DNA of 63,997 bases, filler included, from Octopus bimaculoides (Eukaryota), in assembly GCF_001194135.2 (NCBI RefSeq). It is 9 parts of 9 records of this genome, joined end to end, with 100 filler letters (N's around TTAATTAATTAA, not from the genome) between each part and the next. Parts side by side here need not be neighbours in the genome. Positions count along the whole stretch, not along the records: positions 22,634 to 38,386 come from NC_068984.1; positions 38,487 to 45,068 come from NC_068985.1; 7 more parts are not named here. The stretch is one strand, 5' to 3'. Position 1 is the stretch's first letter; each line of letters starts with the position of its first letter. Under the pieces are notes generated by a model. It was given only the letters and a program-made list of their open reading frames with translations, was not told the DNA's origin and searched no databases. Made by a program: the position numbers and the translations under genes. Of this stretch, positions 26,286-38,586 are shown one piece after another.

Positions 26286-26420
26286 CTCCCAAAATATGAT
26301 CATAAATCAAAGATACTTCAATATATTCAGCAAAAGAATTTCTACATTATGCAGAAATTAATGAATGGAGAAACAAACATTGTATATAAATCAGTCTTTG
26401 GAGAAATAAACGTTTCTGAA
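26286..26420 (+). CDS. Candidate exon (LPKYDHKSKILQYIQQKNFYIMQKLMNGETNIVYKSVFGEINVSE)
   Basis: 135 nt, only phase 0 is open; acceptor ttttatag|, donor region gtgtgtaagg (exact donor uncertain). Confidence 0.55.
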
Positions 26421-26589
26421 GTGTGTAAGGGCAACTACTATTATTCTATACAGAAGTGATAGCATGGAATATAACAAGAGGTTTTATATTGATAAACTTC
26501 TTTTAACTTGGCACAAAGTCTGAGATTTATATTGGGTGAGGTGAAGAATTGAGAAGGAGCCACATTCTTGTATTTCCCTAGGTGTTTAG

Positions 26590-26631
26590 GAATGGATGCA
26601 AATGAGATTCGAAACTTTGTTTCAAATATTG
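26590..26631 (+). CDS. Candidate exon (EWMQMRFETLFQIL; alternative acceptor at 26582 gives CLGMDANEIRNFVSNI)
   Basis: Polypyrimidine tract ttcttgtatttccctag, donor |gtttgt; the 26590 start keeps phase 0 with both neighbours. Confidence 0.35.
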
Positions 26632-26894
26632 GTTTGTCTGAAAGCCTTCCTGCTATTTTAAGATGTTTTACCAATTTTTGTTAGTGAATTGGCAAAATTG
26701 TGAGAGTGGAGAACAAAATGTCATGTGGTATTTAGTTACATCATTGTCTGTTTTGAGTTCAAACCTCACTTGGGTTATCTTTGTCTTAAATTCTTATCTG
26801 ACTCATTAAATATTTCAGTCAACTATCATACAATTAAGTATATTTCTCTTATGAAATGTAAATTATAGTTAATGAATATTATTTCATACATTTA

Positions 26895-27294
26895 ACTGTC
26901 TTTGGTTTTGTTTTGTTGTTGGCACTCTGTCGCTTACGACGTCGAGGGTTCCAGTTGATCCGATCAACGAACAGCCTGCTCGTGAAATTAACGTGCAAGT
27001 GGCTGAGCACTCCACAGACATGTGTACCCTTAACGTAGTTCTCAGGGATATTCAGCGTGACACTGTGACAAGGCTGACCCTTTGAATTACAGGCACAACA
27101 GAAACAGGAAGAAAGAGTGAGAGAAAGTTGTGGTGAAAGAGTACAGCAGGGTTCGCCACGATCCCCTGCCGGAGCCTTGTGGAGCTTTAGGTGTTTTCGC
27201 TCAATAAACACTCACAACGCCCGGTCTGGGAATTGAAACCGCGAGTCCGCTGCCCTAACCACTGGGCCATTGTGCCTCCACTACTGTCTTTGGT
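26895..27294 (-). mobile_element. Young full-length tRNA-derived SINE with 12-bp target-site duplication
   Basis: Direct repeat ACTGTCTTTGGT at 26895-26906 and 27283-27294; tRNA-like head (tggcccagtggttaggg...tttcaattccc); CpGs retained. Confidence 0.85.
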
Positions 27295-27675
27295 AGGTAA
27301 GACAAAACTATAATGCTAGATATGTTATTTCATAAAAGTCAGTTAAGAAACTCATGGTTTTGAGTTTAAATCTGACTGTGAGCAATTTCGTCTTTCTCTA
27401 CATCTGAGTTTAACTAATACCAGTATCATAACAAGTAAGAATTATGCTCTCTATGCTCTTCTCCAAGCACTTGCAAGACAAAAAAAGAAAACTTTCAAGA
27501 GGGGAGGAGGCAATCTTGTGTTGGATGATGAAAAGGTTATAGGTGTCTTGATGCAGAGGAAGTACAAGGTTACTTGGCTGGAGAGAGAAAGATCAGGAAA
27601 ACACACACACACACTCTCACCTTTTCTCACCGACATCATGCTGGCCTTATACCCAAATTTAAAACCAATATATAT

Positions 27676-27784
27676 GCAAAGTTTAGGTTAGTTAAAATAT
27701 GTTTCTTACATATTTACAGCTAAAAAGCAAATTAACTGCTGTTGAAATATGTCACAAATGCATTTTAACTAACCTAAACTTTGC
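27676..27784. repeat. Perfect 23-bp inverted repeat, possible tiny MITE
   Basis: GCAAAGTTTAGGTTAGTTAAAAT (27676-27698) versus ATTTTAACTAACCTAAACTTTGC (27762-27784). Confidence 0.75.
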
Positions 27785-28366
27785 TTATGCCTATTTGATG
27801 TTGGCATGGGTTGGATGGTTTGACAGGAGCTGGTAACACCGGGGGCTGCACTAGGCTCCATTGTCTGTCCTAGCATGGTTTCTATGGCTGGATGCCCTTT
27901 CTTATGCTAACCAGCTTACATAGGGTACTGATTGCTTTTTATGTAGCACCAGCATGAATGGTTTTTATGTAGGACCAGCCCCAGTATCGATTTTACTGTG
28001 GTGGATCGGAGATCGTATATCTATGCAAGGGAAGTGTTGGTCTTAAGGAGTTAAGGTGCAACCTGGTAACAGTTAGAGAGTGGGAGAAGATGTGAAACTA
28101 AAAGAAGTGCAAGAAGAATGACAAATGTGAAATAAAGTGAGAGGAGTATTATGAGTAAGAGAGACAAAGAGTAGGGTGTTGATATTTCAAGATTAGAGGT
28201 GGGGGAGCAGTTAGATAAATATGTGGTAGTGAGAAAGCAAAGCTGGGAAAAGAGACTAAATATTGAGAGAAATGGATAAAGAGACAAACTGACAAAGTTG
28301 ATGGGTGTGTGAAAGTGGTAAATGGGTAAAGATATGGTTATGGTAAAAAAAAATGCATTTTCATAG

Positions 28367-28500
28367 ATATGTATAGGCATTAGAAAAGAACTAAGATTAC
28401 AGATAGACTCAATTGTCTGTGGAATGGTACAGACAGGACTGTCTGAAAATAGACTCACTCCTCTAAACAGAATGTTCTGTACTGAAGGTTTTGCTTTCAG
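28367..28500 (+). CDS. Candidate exon (ICIGIRKELRLQIDSIVCGMVQTGLSENRLTPLNRMFCTEGFAF)
   Basis: Acceptor ttttcatag|, 134 nt open, donor CAG|gtaaaa; phase 2 matches the next exon across a 172-nt intron. Confidence 0.6.
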
Positions 28501-28672
28501 GTAAAATTATATTTCCTTTATGTTGCATATCAGAATTTAATCCTATTCAGCAGTTCTGGTAACAAAGAATTTGTTCAGATGCAACATGATGTTACCTTTT
28601 TTTTCTGTTCTGAACAATTTTATACTGAATGCTGTGTGACTGTTTGTTACCAAGGAATTTTGTTTTCTACAG

Positions 28673-28812
28673 AGTAGAAGACTTGCTGCAAAATAAGTTT
28701 CTTTATAGCCTGAGATTTATAGCCACGGATTGTATAATTCATAATGTATATGAATATTTGTCCACCAGCTTTGGGGGAAAATATCTCACCAAGACTAATT
28801 ATGATGTACAAT
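28673..28812 (+). CDS. Candidate exon (VEDLLQNKFLYSLRFIATDCIIHNVYEYLSTSFGGKYLTKTNYDVQ)
   Basis: Strong acceptor ttttgttttctacag|, open frame; the 3' boundary is uncertain (|gtagag assumed). Confidence 0.6.
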
Positions 28813-29373
28813 GTAGAGTGTGTATGTGTCTTATAACTATATATACGTATGCTTTTTTTATGTGTGTGTGTGTGTGTGTGTGTATTTGTGCATTTGTGTG
28901 TGCATGCACGCTCATGTATGCTTGTGCGGAGATTCAAAATTAATGACAAAAATAACAAATAGAAGACAAAGTATAACTGCTTAATGCATGATGAAAGATT
29001 AAAGAAGTAGAAGCGTTTTGAGATGAAGTTCCTCTTCTGAAAGTTAGATGGTTAGAAAAGTAAGAAATGTAAATGAAAGACCGAAAATGGGAATAATGAA
29101 GAAATGCATGTTGCTTTATATCAAGTCATGCTGAAAAGAGCAGAGGTTAAACAGTTGGAAGTGACCTAGAATGAATGAGGATTCATATGTGCAAGAGCAA
29201 TAGTGGAGTATTTCTGTGTAAATTATGTACATGCAAGTGATTTTGATTTGTGTGTGGTGTGGCTAGTATGTATATGTATGTATGTATATATGTATTATTG
29301 TGGAAAATGTGTATCTGTGACTGTGTAAGTGTATATGTTAACTGTGTTTAGATAGTTGGGTGAGATGTTGTGA

Positions 29374-29407
<34 letters not shown>

Positions 29408-29459
29408 CACATACATATATATGTGCGTGCGTGTGCACACACAATATTCACATAAATAA

Positions 29460-30130
29460 AATCATTTCTACATCCACTTTTCCAGGCTGATTTCTCTCAT
29501 AACTAGTTTATCTCTCACTCATCTTTGCTTGCACACATTATTACACATTCACCAAAACATGCTTACTCAGTTTCTCTCCAACCTTTGCACATCCTCTGTA
29601 TTCAGAGCTCACATCTCGCTGCAATGCAGCAGCACACTTTGTACACAAATCACTCCTCTACTTGAAGAGGAAATCCTCTTGCTGTGAGCAGAGGTAAGAA
29701 ATCTCTGAACCTCTCTCCATTCTTTTTCAGGTCACTATGCTTTCAAAACAATCATTCTTAGGTCTACTAGGATATCTAGTTAACAGTTATCAACTAATTT
29801 TATGAAGCCTTTCACATATTGAAATGAAAATATTTTAAAAGTAATCTGACTTCTAACTACTTCTGTACTCCTGATACATACAAAGTTTTTAGTCACCATC
29901 AGCCCTCCTATGAATTTAATAAACTTCTTATGTACCCATACTTTGCATTGTGTATACCACTGGAGTTCCCTGATATCATATGACTCCTCTCTTCCATATT
30001 TTCTAAAATAATGGTCTTTACCCCTTTTACTCTTAAGCCTCTTGATTTTGAACTTGCTGCATTTTATTATATTACTAGTATTAAAGAAGTCTCTGAGGAC
30101 CAAAGTGTCCTCTTCACATTGTAACAAGTT
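29460..30130 (-). pseudogene. Decayed RTE LINE ORF2 fragment
   Basis: QCKVWVHKK...FVC (RTE zinc-finger-like) followed by RFRDFLPLLTARGFPL...CSE-like motifs. Confidence 0.65.
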
Positions 30131-30149
30131 TAATTCTAAGTAAGAGCTT

Positions 30150-30860
30150 TCCTAGGAAGGTTGCTTTAACTGCCACTTATGGGGGCCATGCCATCTCAAT
30201 AGTGGTATTCAAACTCAGCCAATAATAAGTTAGATGTGTTTTATTGTGTGACTAGCATTAGAGGGTTGTCTAAGATTAAAGGGTCCCCTCTACACTGTGT
30301 CAGCTTTATTCAAAAAGTAGCCTTAGTCTAAAGTTTATGATACCTGTTCAGTGATACCTTAGAAACCATGCAAGAAATGCCAACAAGTCTTTATGACATC
30401 AACTCCTGATTTGATTACCATATCAATTTCTAAAAGACAAAAAGCCTTATACAAAATGAAGAATCAATCCAAATCAAATTTAGAGGACAAAATATTGAAA
30501 TTGTCAAATCTTTTACATACCTAGACAGTCACATTAACAGAAACAGAAACCAGTACTTGATATGAAGATAAACATGGCAAAGCAATGACAGTTTTCTAAT
30601 GATTAGATCCAATATTGTCTTGCTCTTCCATTTGCCATTCAGACGGCATTGTATGCAAGTAAAATGAGGAGGGAGACAGACAGGATTTGCAATAAAGTGC
30701 ATGTTTTCCTTGCCAGTGGCTCAGAAATATCATGAAGATCATCTGGTATGACTACATCATAAATGATGAAATTATGAAAAGAACTCCATTAAGTAAACTA
30801 GATGACACTGTGACTGCTAAACAAAAGAAGCTAGTGGACCATGCATCGTGCTTACAATTG
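30150..30860 (+). pseudogene. Decayed RTE-like LINE RT fragment
   Basis: NIEIVKSFTYLDSHI at about 30495-30540 resembles the LExVxxFxYLGS motif; many stops. Confidence 0.55.
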
Positions 30861-30942
30861 GAGATTGTATATCTATACATGCATAAAAGTATATCTACAT
30901 GAACACACATATACATAAATACATACCCAGAAACACATATTG

Positions 30943-30973
<31 letters not shown>

Positions 30974-31089
30974 AATGTATATTTATGTATGCATGTATCT
31001 GTATGTGTATATATATATATATATGTGTGTGTGTGATGATGGCCGTCGATTCGTGACCAAGGAAGACCATTCCTGATCTTTAGGAACAT

Positions 31090-31885
31090 TGCGCAATCTA
31101 CGTCTAACTTATATTTTGCATTTGTGGTTCTGTTGGTGGCTAATGAACCCTGCTCTTGACAAGCATACATGACTACATTCATTGCAAGCCAAGCCTTCTG
31201 CATTTACTATGCTAGCAGTGCGCTTTTGAGCAGCACGTTTGAATCCCTCATGCAGAATATGTGCTATTTAAAAGCTATTGACCCCCTCCTTAACTTACGT
31301 CCTCCATCTGTGGTGATGACAGGCATTGCTCTGCCAGTCAGTCTTCTGCATATCGCAGGCCTTTAATGAGGACTTGAAGCAGTTCTTAGATCACAGCCTT
31401 GGTTTCTGCTGGTGTCTCTTTCCACTAACAAGTTCCCCATATAGCATCTGTTTAGGGATCCTACTATCCTTCATTCTAATAAGGTATCTAGTTCAGCGTA
31501 ACTGGTGCTTGTGTACCATCACCTCAATACTTACGATATCAGCTTTCCTCAGGACATGTGTGTCTGGAGTTTTTAAAGTTCAGCCAACATTCAGAATGTG
31601 TCTCAGATATCTCTGGTGAAAGTGTTCAAGGACATTTACATGACGTTTCTAAAGGGGTCCATGTCTCACATGAGTACAGGAGCAATGTCCGTACAGATGC
31701 ATGGTACACAGCAGTTTTTGCTTGTCTTGTGATACCATGCTGGGACCAGACACGAGACTCAAGAGACCAGAATGAATCAGTTGCTCTCTGCAGCCTGAAA
31801 GATATTTCATCATCCAGGGAGCAAGAACAACTGAGTGTGCTGCCCAGGTAGACAAACTTGCCTACCACTTTCAGTATTGTTCCTT
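31090..31885 (-). pseudogene. RTE-BovB-like LINE ORF2 C-terminal fragment
   Basis: LKVVGKFVYLGSTLS...LDDEISFRLQRAT.SF..L..RVW...GI...AKTAVY.A.V...LLYSCETWT. Confidence 0.85.
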
Positions 31886-31914
31886 CAACCAAGATATATA
31901 TATATATATATATT

Positions 31915-32210
31915 GCCAGTGCCACTGAACTGGCTCCTGTGCGGGTGGCACGTAAAATGCACCATTTTGAGCATGGCCATTGCCAGTACCGCCTGACTGG
32001 CCTTCATGCCTGTGGCACATAAAAGCACCTACTACACTCTCGGAGTGGTTGGCGTTAGGAAGGGCATCCAGCTGTAGAAATTCTGCCAGATCAGATTGGA
32101 ACCTGGTGCAGCCATCTGGCTCACTAGTCCCCAGTCAAACCGTCCAACCCATGCAGCATGGAACGCGGACGTTAAGCGATGATGATGATGATGATGATGA
32201 TGATATAATA
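31915..32210 (+). mobile_element. Non-autonomous retroposon with (GAT)n tail
   Basis: ggcacgtaaaa.gcacc...ggcgttaggaagggcatccagctgtag...ggacgttaagcgatgatgat; same family as 52722-52975. Confidence 0.75.
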
Positions 32211-32425
32211 TATAATACCTAAATGATCATATTATTGCACAAAATAATAGGTATACAAACAACTATCAAGAAAGAGCACATTTGTACATGTGTGTATGCA
32301 TATGTATATCAATATATGTATACGTATGTACATATATATATATATATATATATACATACATATATGTATATATATGTGTGTAGATATATACATATATATA
32401 AATACTGTGTATTTTAAATGATACA

Positions 32426-32472
<47 letters not shown>

Positions 32473-32490
32473 TATATGTAAAAATGTCTG

Positions 32491-32525
<35 letters not shown>

Positions 32526-33865
32526 CATTTGTGTATGTATCTATCCACCATTAAAGAAAGTTGTAATAAATATTAACATAATGATATTTGAATATAAGCA
32601 GAATATAAACTAATGTCCATATAAAATACATACATTAATATATTTAGGAAATAAATTCTGAGCCCTTGATATATTTCATATATTTTATACTAAGCGTGAC
32701 ATGAAATATAGCTCATAAATCTTTTCTATTACTTGTTTCATTGGAAACAAAACAATGATAAATTATATTAATCTTTCAATAAAAGAATGCTTTAATTTTG
32801 TATACATTTTCCCATTCAGTCTTTCTATCTCTTTATACCTCTGTATCCTTTTTTTACTGTTGATGTTTTAGTTACTTTGCCCCAGGTCAATCTTAATTGA
32901 GCAAACCTATGAAGGAAAACATTCCAACCAAAACCATTCCATTTTTGCCGAGGTATTTAGATCTACATTATCCAATGTGTTACCATTTTCTTGTTGAAGG
33001 TAGTGGGATGTAATTTAATAAAGTTTAAGCACTATTTCTAGCAGGGCAGTAATGTGGTAGCTCTCTTCTTTTGTCGTGTGAAATAATGATTGCTCTTGCG
33101 AGATACAAACTATTTTGTAGAAAAGAGCAGGGAATAACTGATTCAATCAATTCTAGTTTAGTCTGTTATAAGTATTAGTCTTTTAACCTCGAATGCAATG
33201 CGTGGCAAAGATATGTCTGGTGAGATTTTACTGAAGGAAAATATGGATAAAAAAATCTAGCTAGAGTATAGCTTCTACCTAATCTCTCTATTGTTTGGTT
33301 ATCACTGCTAACCTAGAAACAAAATAATAATGTAATCTAAAAAGTCTCAATGTTACCCTGCAACAACAACAAAAAAATCCTATTTTCTTTCTCTATTTGG
33401 TTGAAGATAATAAGTTGGCTGAGTTTCGTATTTTCGGGAAAAAAGATCTATTTATGTTTTGGTGAAGCTGCTGGGCTAATGACCAAAATATCAACAGACC
33501 AAAACCTGCAGCAGCTATTGTAATGAAAGCTCTTGGGAAGGAAGTCACATTATGTTACAACTTAGATTTGAATTAGTTCCTAACACAGATAAAATACCCC
33601 AAATTGATAAAGGATGATGTGAAGTAGGCTTAACACATCATCTAGTTCAACATTGCTAAGAAGGTGGACTTTTATGTGGTCACTTGATCTATCAGAAATA
33701 GTGACCATATCTATCGAAACACTCTGCTGCTTAATAATAAAAAAGAAGGACATGTTAGATAGTTTAGTCAAAGATTTAATATGTCTGAGTAAATGATGGG
33801 GTAGTTATGGCTACTTTTAATCATTTCTATAGTTAGACAGTAGTAAGAATATTATTAATTCTTAG

Positions 33866-33935
33866 GTACCTTTGTTGCAAGTATTCAGCACAGATCTTTG
33901 GTTTCATCAACTGCAAATATTTTTCCAGTAGATAT
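33866..33935 (+). CDS. Candidate exon (TFVASIQHRSLVSSTANIFPVD; an alternative frame is also open)
   Basis: Acceptor attcttag|, consensus donor |gtaagt. Confidence 0.45.
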
Positions 33936-34344
33936 GTAAGTTGGGCATCTACTACATTGATTTCACTTGTATGAAATGGCTTACAATAGTCAAAATTACT
34001 GCTTCTCAACCTCCACCAACAAACTGATTAAATGGTTGAATACAAAGTGCAAGTTTGCATGTCCCTGAATAAATAAATCTTTCTTTTTATAATTCTCTTC
34101 ATATCTAGGATGTGCTATAGCAATATTAAATCAGCCTGTATTTGACTGGTACTTTATTTTATTGACCCCAGAAGGATGAAATACACAATTAACCTAGATG
34201 AGATTTGAACTCAAATTGTCAAGGGCCTTGATAACATGGCAAGGCATCGTGTTCAATGTTCTAACAATTCTGATTTTACTGCCTTAGAGAATACATGACA
34301 CACGTGAAGAGAGGTGTGTTAATTCACTGAACATTTACTGTGGC

Positions 34345-34835
34345 ACAGGCGTGACTGTGTGGTAAAAAGCTTGCTTCCCAACCACATAGTTATGGGTTCA
34401 ATCCCACTGCATGGTACCTTGGGCAAGTGCCCTCTGCTATAGCCTGGGGCTGACCAAATCCTTTGTGAGTGGATTTGGGAGACGTTAACTGTAGGAAGCC
34501 CATCGTATATATATATATATATNNNNNNNNNNNNNNNNNNNNNNNNNNNNNNNNNNNNNNNNNNNNNNNNNNNNNNNNNNNNNNNNNNNNNNNNNNNNTG
34601 TGTGTGTGTGTGTGTGTGTGTTTTGTGCTTGTGTTTGTTTCCCCATCACTGCTTGACAACCGGTACTGGTGTGTTTACATCTCTAACTTAGCAGTTCAAC
34701 AAAAGAGACCAGTAGAAAAATCACTAGGCTTAAAAAATAAGTCTTTGATTCAACTTGTTCAACTAAAACCCTTCAAGGTGGTACTCCAGCATGGCCACAG
34801 TGAAATCACTGAAACAAGTAAAAGAATAAAAGAAT
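34345..34835 (+). mobile_element. SINE spanning a microsatellite gap
   Basis: Head ggcgtgactgtgtggtaaaaagc and tail gaaacaagtaaaagaataaaag. Confidence 0.75.
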
Positions 34836-34874
34836 ACCATGATGCCTGCTCCTTTCTTGGGTAGAAAGAGATCC

Positions 34875-34983
34875 TTAATCCTTTGAGTCCGGACCACTGG
34901 TGCTATAGTATAGAGCGGTGCTACAGTATAGAGAAGAATAAGTCATCCACCTGTAAACTGATGTTACGGGCTCAAAGAGTTAA
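34875..34983. mobile_element. About 100-bp piggyBac-type MITE
   Basis: TTAA at 34875 and 34980 flank imperfect TIRs TCCTTTGAGTCC / GGGCTCAAAGAG; internal 17-bp direct repeat ggtgcta(t/c)agtatagag. Confidence 0.6.
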
Positions 34984-35872
34984 TTCTGTCATCTGAGCAG
35001 CTCGAATGAGATGCTAAATATATCTCAAGCTACATTCTACATTCTCATACAAAGAAGGACACCTTTAACAATGTATTCCTTAATATAACAGGAAATCAGT
35101 ACAGTCCTACCTGGAATATTTTTGATCAGTGACGTTGACAAGGGATAATCTGATGTTAGACAACGGCAACAACAATGACCTGCTCCTAGCTAAAATGGTA
35201 TTGATTTATTTCATAGGTTCAAAGGCTGAGATTGATACCTGTATGTTTTTTTTTTTTGTTTTCTGAAGAGAAAAAGTAATGTAATTGAAAAATAGGCAGC
35301 TAAAACTAAAAATCAAAGCCAGATCACAGACTTAATATGTAAGGAATGAACTCTACTACACAGCCATCACATATGATGAAATAATAATTTATTACTTCAT
35401 CACAAGACCACAGATGTTTTTGGAAACAGAATAAGATTATGTTATGGTAATGTCTTTCTTCAGGTCATTAGTGATGTAAGACAAGTGAACTACTTTAAAT
35501 AAAGTACCACATAGAAATTCATAAGTTTCCTCACTATTTCTATGAAGAAAAACAAGAACAGTTGATCTGTTGAGGCTTAGTATAATCCTGTCATTTTATA
35601 TATCACAATTCAGAATCATACTAAATAAAATAATGTTTTTAGTTCAGCTCTCTACTATTTTTGCTGGAGATTGGAAGTAATTGCAAAAAAATTAAAAAGA
35701 AAAACTTTAATGTATGAAAGTATTAATTAGAACTATGGTAAAAGAAAGTAACATAAAATGAAATTATTAATTAGGAAAAGAAAAAGAAAATGAATAACTG
35801 AATGAAAGCAAAATAATTTTTCTTGTTATTTGAAAGTGTTTTGCTATTATTTGTTATTAATTAAGATTTATT

Positions 35873-35929
<57 letters not shown>

Positions 35930-36343
35930 NNNNNNNNNNNNNNNNNNNNNNNNNNNNNNNNNNNNNNNNNNNNNNNNNNNNNNNNNNNNNNNNNNNNNNN
36001 NNNNNNNNNNNNNNNNNNNNNNNNNNNNNNNNNNNNNNNNNNNNNNNNNNNNNNNNNNNNNNNNNNNNNNNNNNNNNNNNNNNNNNNNNNNNNNNNNNNN
36101 NNNNNNNNNNNNNNNNNNNNNNNNNNNNNNNNNNNNNNNNNNNNNNNNNNNNNNNNNNNNNNNNNNNNNNNNNNNNNNNNNNNNNNNNNNNNNNNNNNNN
36201 NNNNNNNNNNNNNNNNNNNNNNNNNNNNNNNNNNNNNNNNNNNNNNNNNNNNNNNNNNNNNNNNNNNNNNNNNNNNNNNNNNNNNNNNNNNNNNNNNNNN
36301 NNNNNNNNNNNNNNNNNNNNNNNNNNNNNNATATATATGTTTG

Positions 36344-36374
<31 letters not shown>

Positions 36375-36471
36375 GTGTATATATATATATATATATGTGT
36401 ATATATATATATATATATGTATGTGTATATATATATGTATGTGTATATATATATATATATATATGTATGTG

Positions 36472-36503
<32 letters not shown>

Positions 36504-36743
36504 TATGTGTGTATATATATATGTATGTATATATATATGTATGTATATATATATGTATGTATATATATACATATTGTAAGAGGCTCCCTGTAATAACAGT
36601 GTAGCAACACGGTGGTGCATCAGCATGGCCGCAGCTCTGAGCTGAAACTTTGAAATGAAATGAAATATATATGTATGTATATATATATGTATGTATGTAT
36701 ATATATATATATCTTTATATATATATGTATATGTATATATATG

Positions 36744-36791
<48 letters not shown>

Positions 36792-36819
36792 TTCAAAGAA
36801 ATGAAAAAGACAAAAAACA

Positions 36820-37040
36820 ATAACAAAAAACAACAACGTGAGGACGTGATACAGATAGTGTTACGAGACGCTCGGGAAAGAGAAAGAGAGTATGATGCTT
36901 CGAGCGGAGCTCTTCTTCAGAAACAAGGAAAGTTCAAAGAAGGGAAAAACGGAGGAAGAAAAAAATCGCCACCAATGTCCACGAGGTTACATTGTGGAAG
37001 GACCGGAAGAGGAAGTGGTGGAGGAAAAGTTCTTTCTAAG
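36820..37040 (-). mobile_element. Penelope-like pLTR remnant with degenerate hammerhead
   Basis: Minus strand tttCTGAAGA-A-GAGCTCCGCTC-GAAGC (36897-36922); downstream sequence resembles 7510-7560. Confidence 0.5.
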
Positions 37041-37329
37041 ACAGGAGAGTGAAAAAGGGAGGTGAATATGTGTGCGCGCACGAGGGTATGCGTGCGTGTG
37101 TGTAATAACAGAACGTGTGTGTGTGTATGTGTGTGCGTGGTTTGGCTGTTTATCTGTTAGCGTGTGTGTGTGTGTGACGTAGTGGAAGGAATAGGGTGCA
37201 ATGGGTAGATTGTCACTATTTTATATTTTTAATTTTATGCATGCTCATTTTTGTTCTTGATTTTGTCAACTACACAGTATAATAGGGTCAGTTGGGCACT
37301 GTCTGTGAGAAAAATAGCAACATGAATCA

Positions 37330-38052
37330 ATTCTCTGTCAGAAATTTTGAAACATGCTGTACTTGTTGGCATTCATGCCAGAAGCTGTAATACAGATTGT
37401 GAACACACAGAACAACATTTGGCTTGCTGTGTCTCCAAAACACATACTGAGAGAAATAAAAATCAAACTTCCAGTTAACATCATGGTGTTTGGACTGATC
37501 ACTAGTAATGGCATTGTTATGCCTCCATTCATCTTCCGACATGGCCTCAGACTCAACACGGAGGCCTACATCAAGTGCCTGGAGGAGATACTGCTGCCCT
37601 GCGTCAAGAGGGTGGGTGCTGAAAGACCCTATGTCTGGCGACAGGGCTCTGCACCATGCCACACAAGCAGGAAAACCCAGTCATGGCTGTCAGACAATTT
37701 CTGTGACCACATCACCCCTAAGATCTGGCCATCTAACTCCCCAGACAACAACCCGCTTTGATTATTATGTGTGGGCTACAGTTGAGCAAAAGAAAACTCC
37801 TCATAACACCAAAGATAAACTGAAGACAAGGATTATGGTAGCATTCATCAACTTAAACAAAGAGTTGCATGAGATTCTGAAGTCATCTGGAGGCCGTGGT
37901 TGAAACCAATGATGATTTCATTGAATAAATTTACTCTTTAGTACTTCAAGATATTTTAATGTAATTTTGGTAAATATATCTGTTAAAATGAGATGTCAGT
38001 GTTATTTTCATTTTTGCGTAATTTGGACAACAATTTCTCACTCTCACTCTAT
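37330..38052 (+). mobile_element. Tc1/mariner maT-type (DD37D) transposon, inactive 3' portion
   Basis: VMVFG-like MVFGLITSNG, then WRQGSAPCH...WPSNSPDNNPL(fs)DYYVW with 37 residues between the second (D to G mutated) and third D. There is a +1 frameshift at about 37758 and a probable right TIR followed by TA at about 38020-38053. Confidence 0.85.
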
Positions 38053-38555
38053 ATATATAAACAATATATGAGTATATGCATATATATGTACATGTATGTA
38101 TATACCTTCATCCACATGTACATATAGATACATAACTGGGTACATGCCGTGGCAAAAGAACATGGACAAAATAGTAAACAAGGTGCAACAAACAAGAGGG
38201 CCACATAAAAACATCATCAGCTGCCACCATTAAAACCCCGGCGTTTCGAAGAATTAAGGCAGTTCGCATCGTTCAAATGGTTCTTCCCACGAACACAAAT
38301 TAAATTGTTTTCGTGGAGGGTAGTGGCGGACGGAAAACAAGACAGGAAAATGAAACGGTGAAATAAACAAACAAAAAAGCTGTACANNNNNNNNNNNNNN
38401 NNNNNNNNNNNNNNNNNNNNNNNNNNNNNNTTAATTAATTAANNNNNNNNNNNNNNNNNNNNNNNNNNNNNNNNNNNNNNNNNNNNGTCCTCGTCTGTTG
38501 TTATTATTTGTATATTCTCCCATATATATACATATATATGTAACATTTATATTAT

Positions 38556-38586
<31 letters not shown>

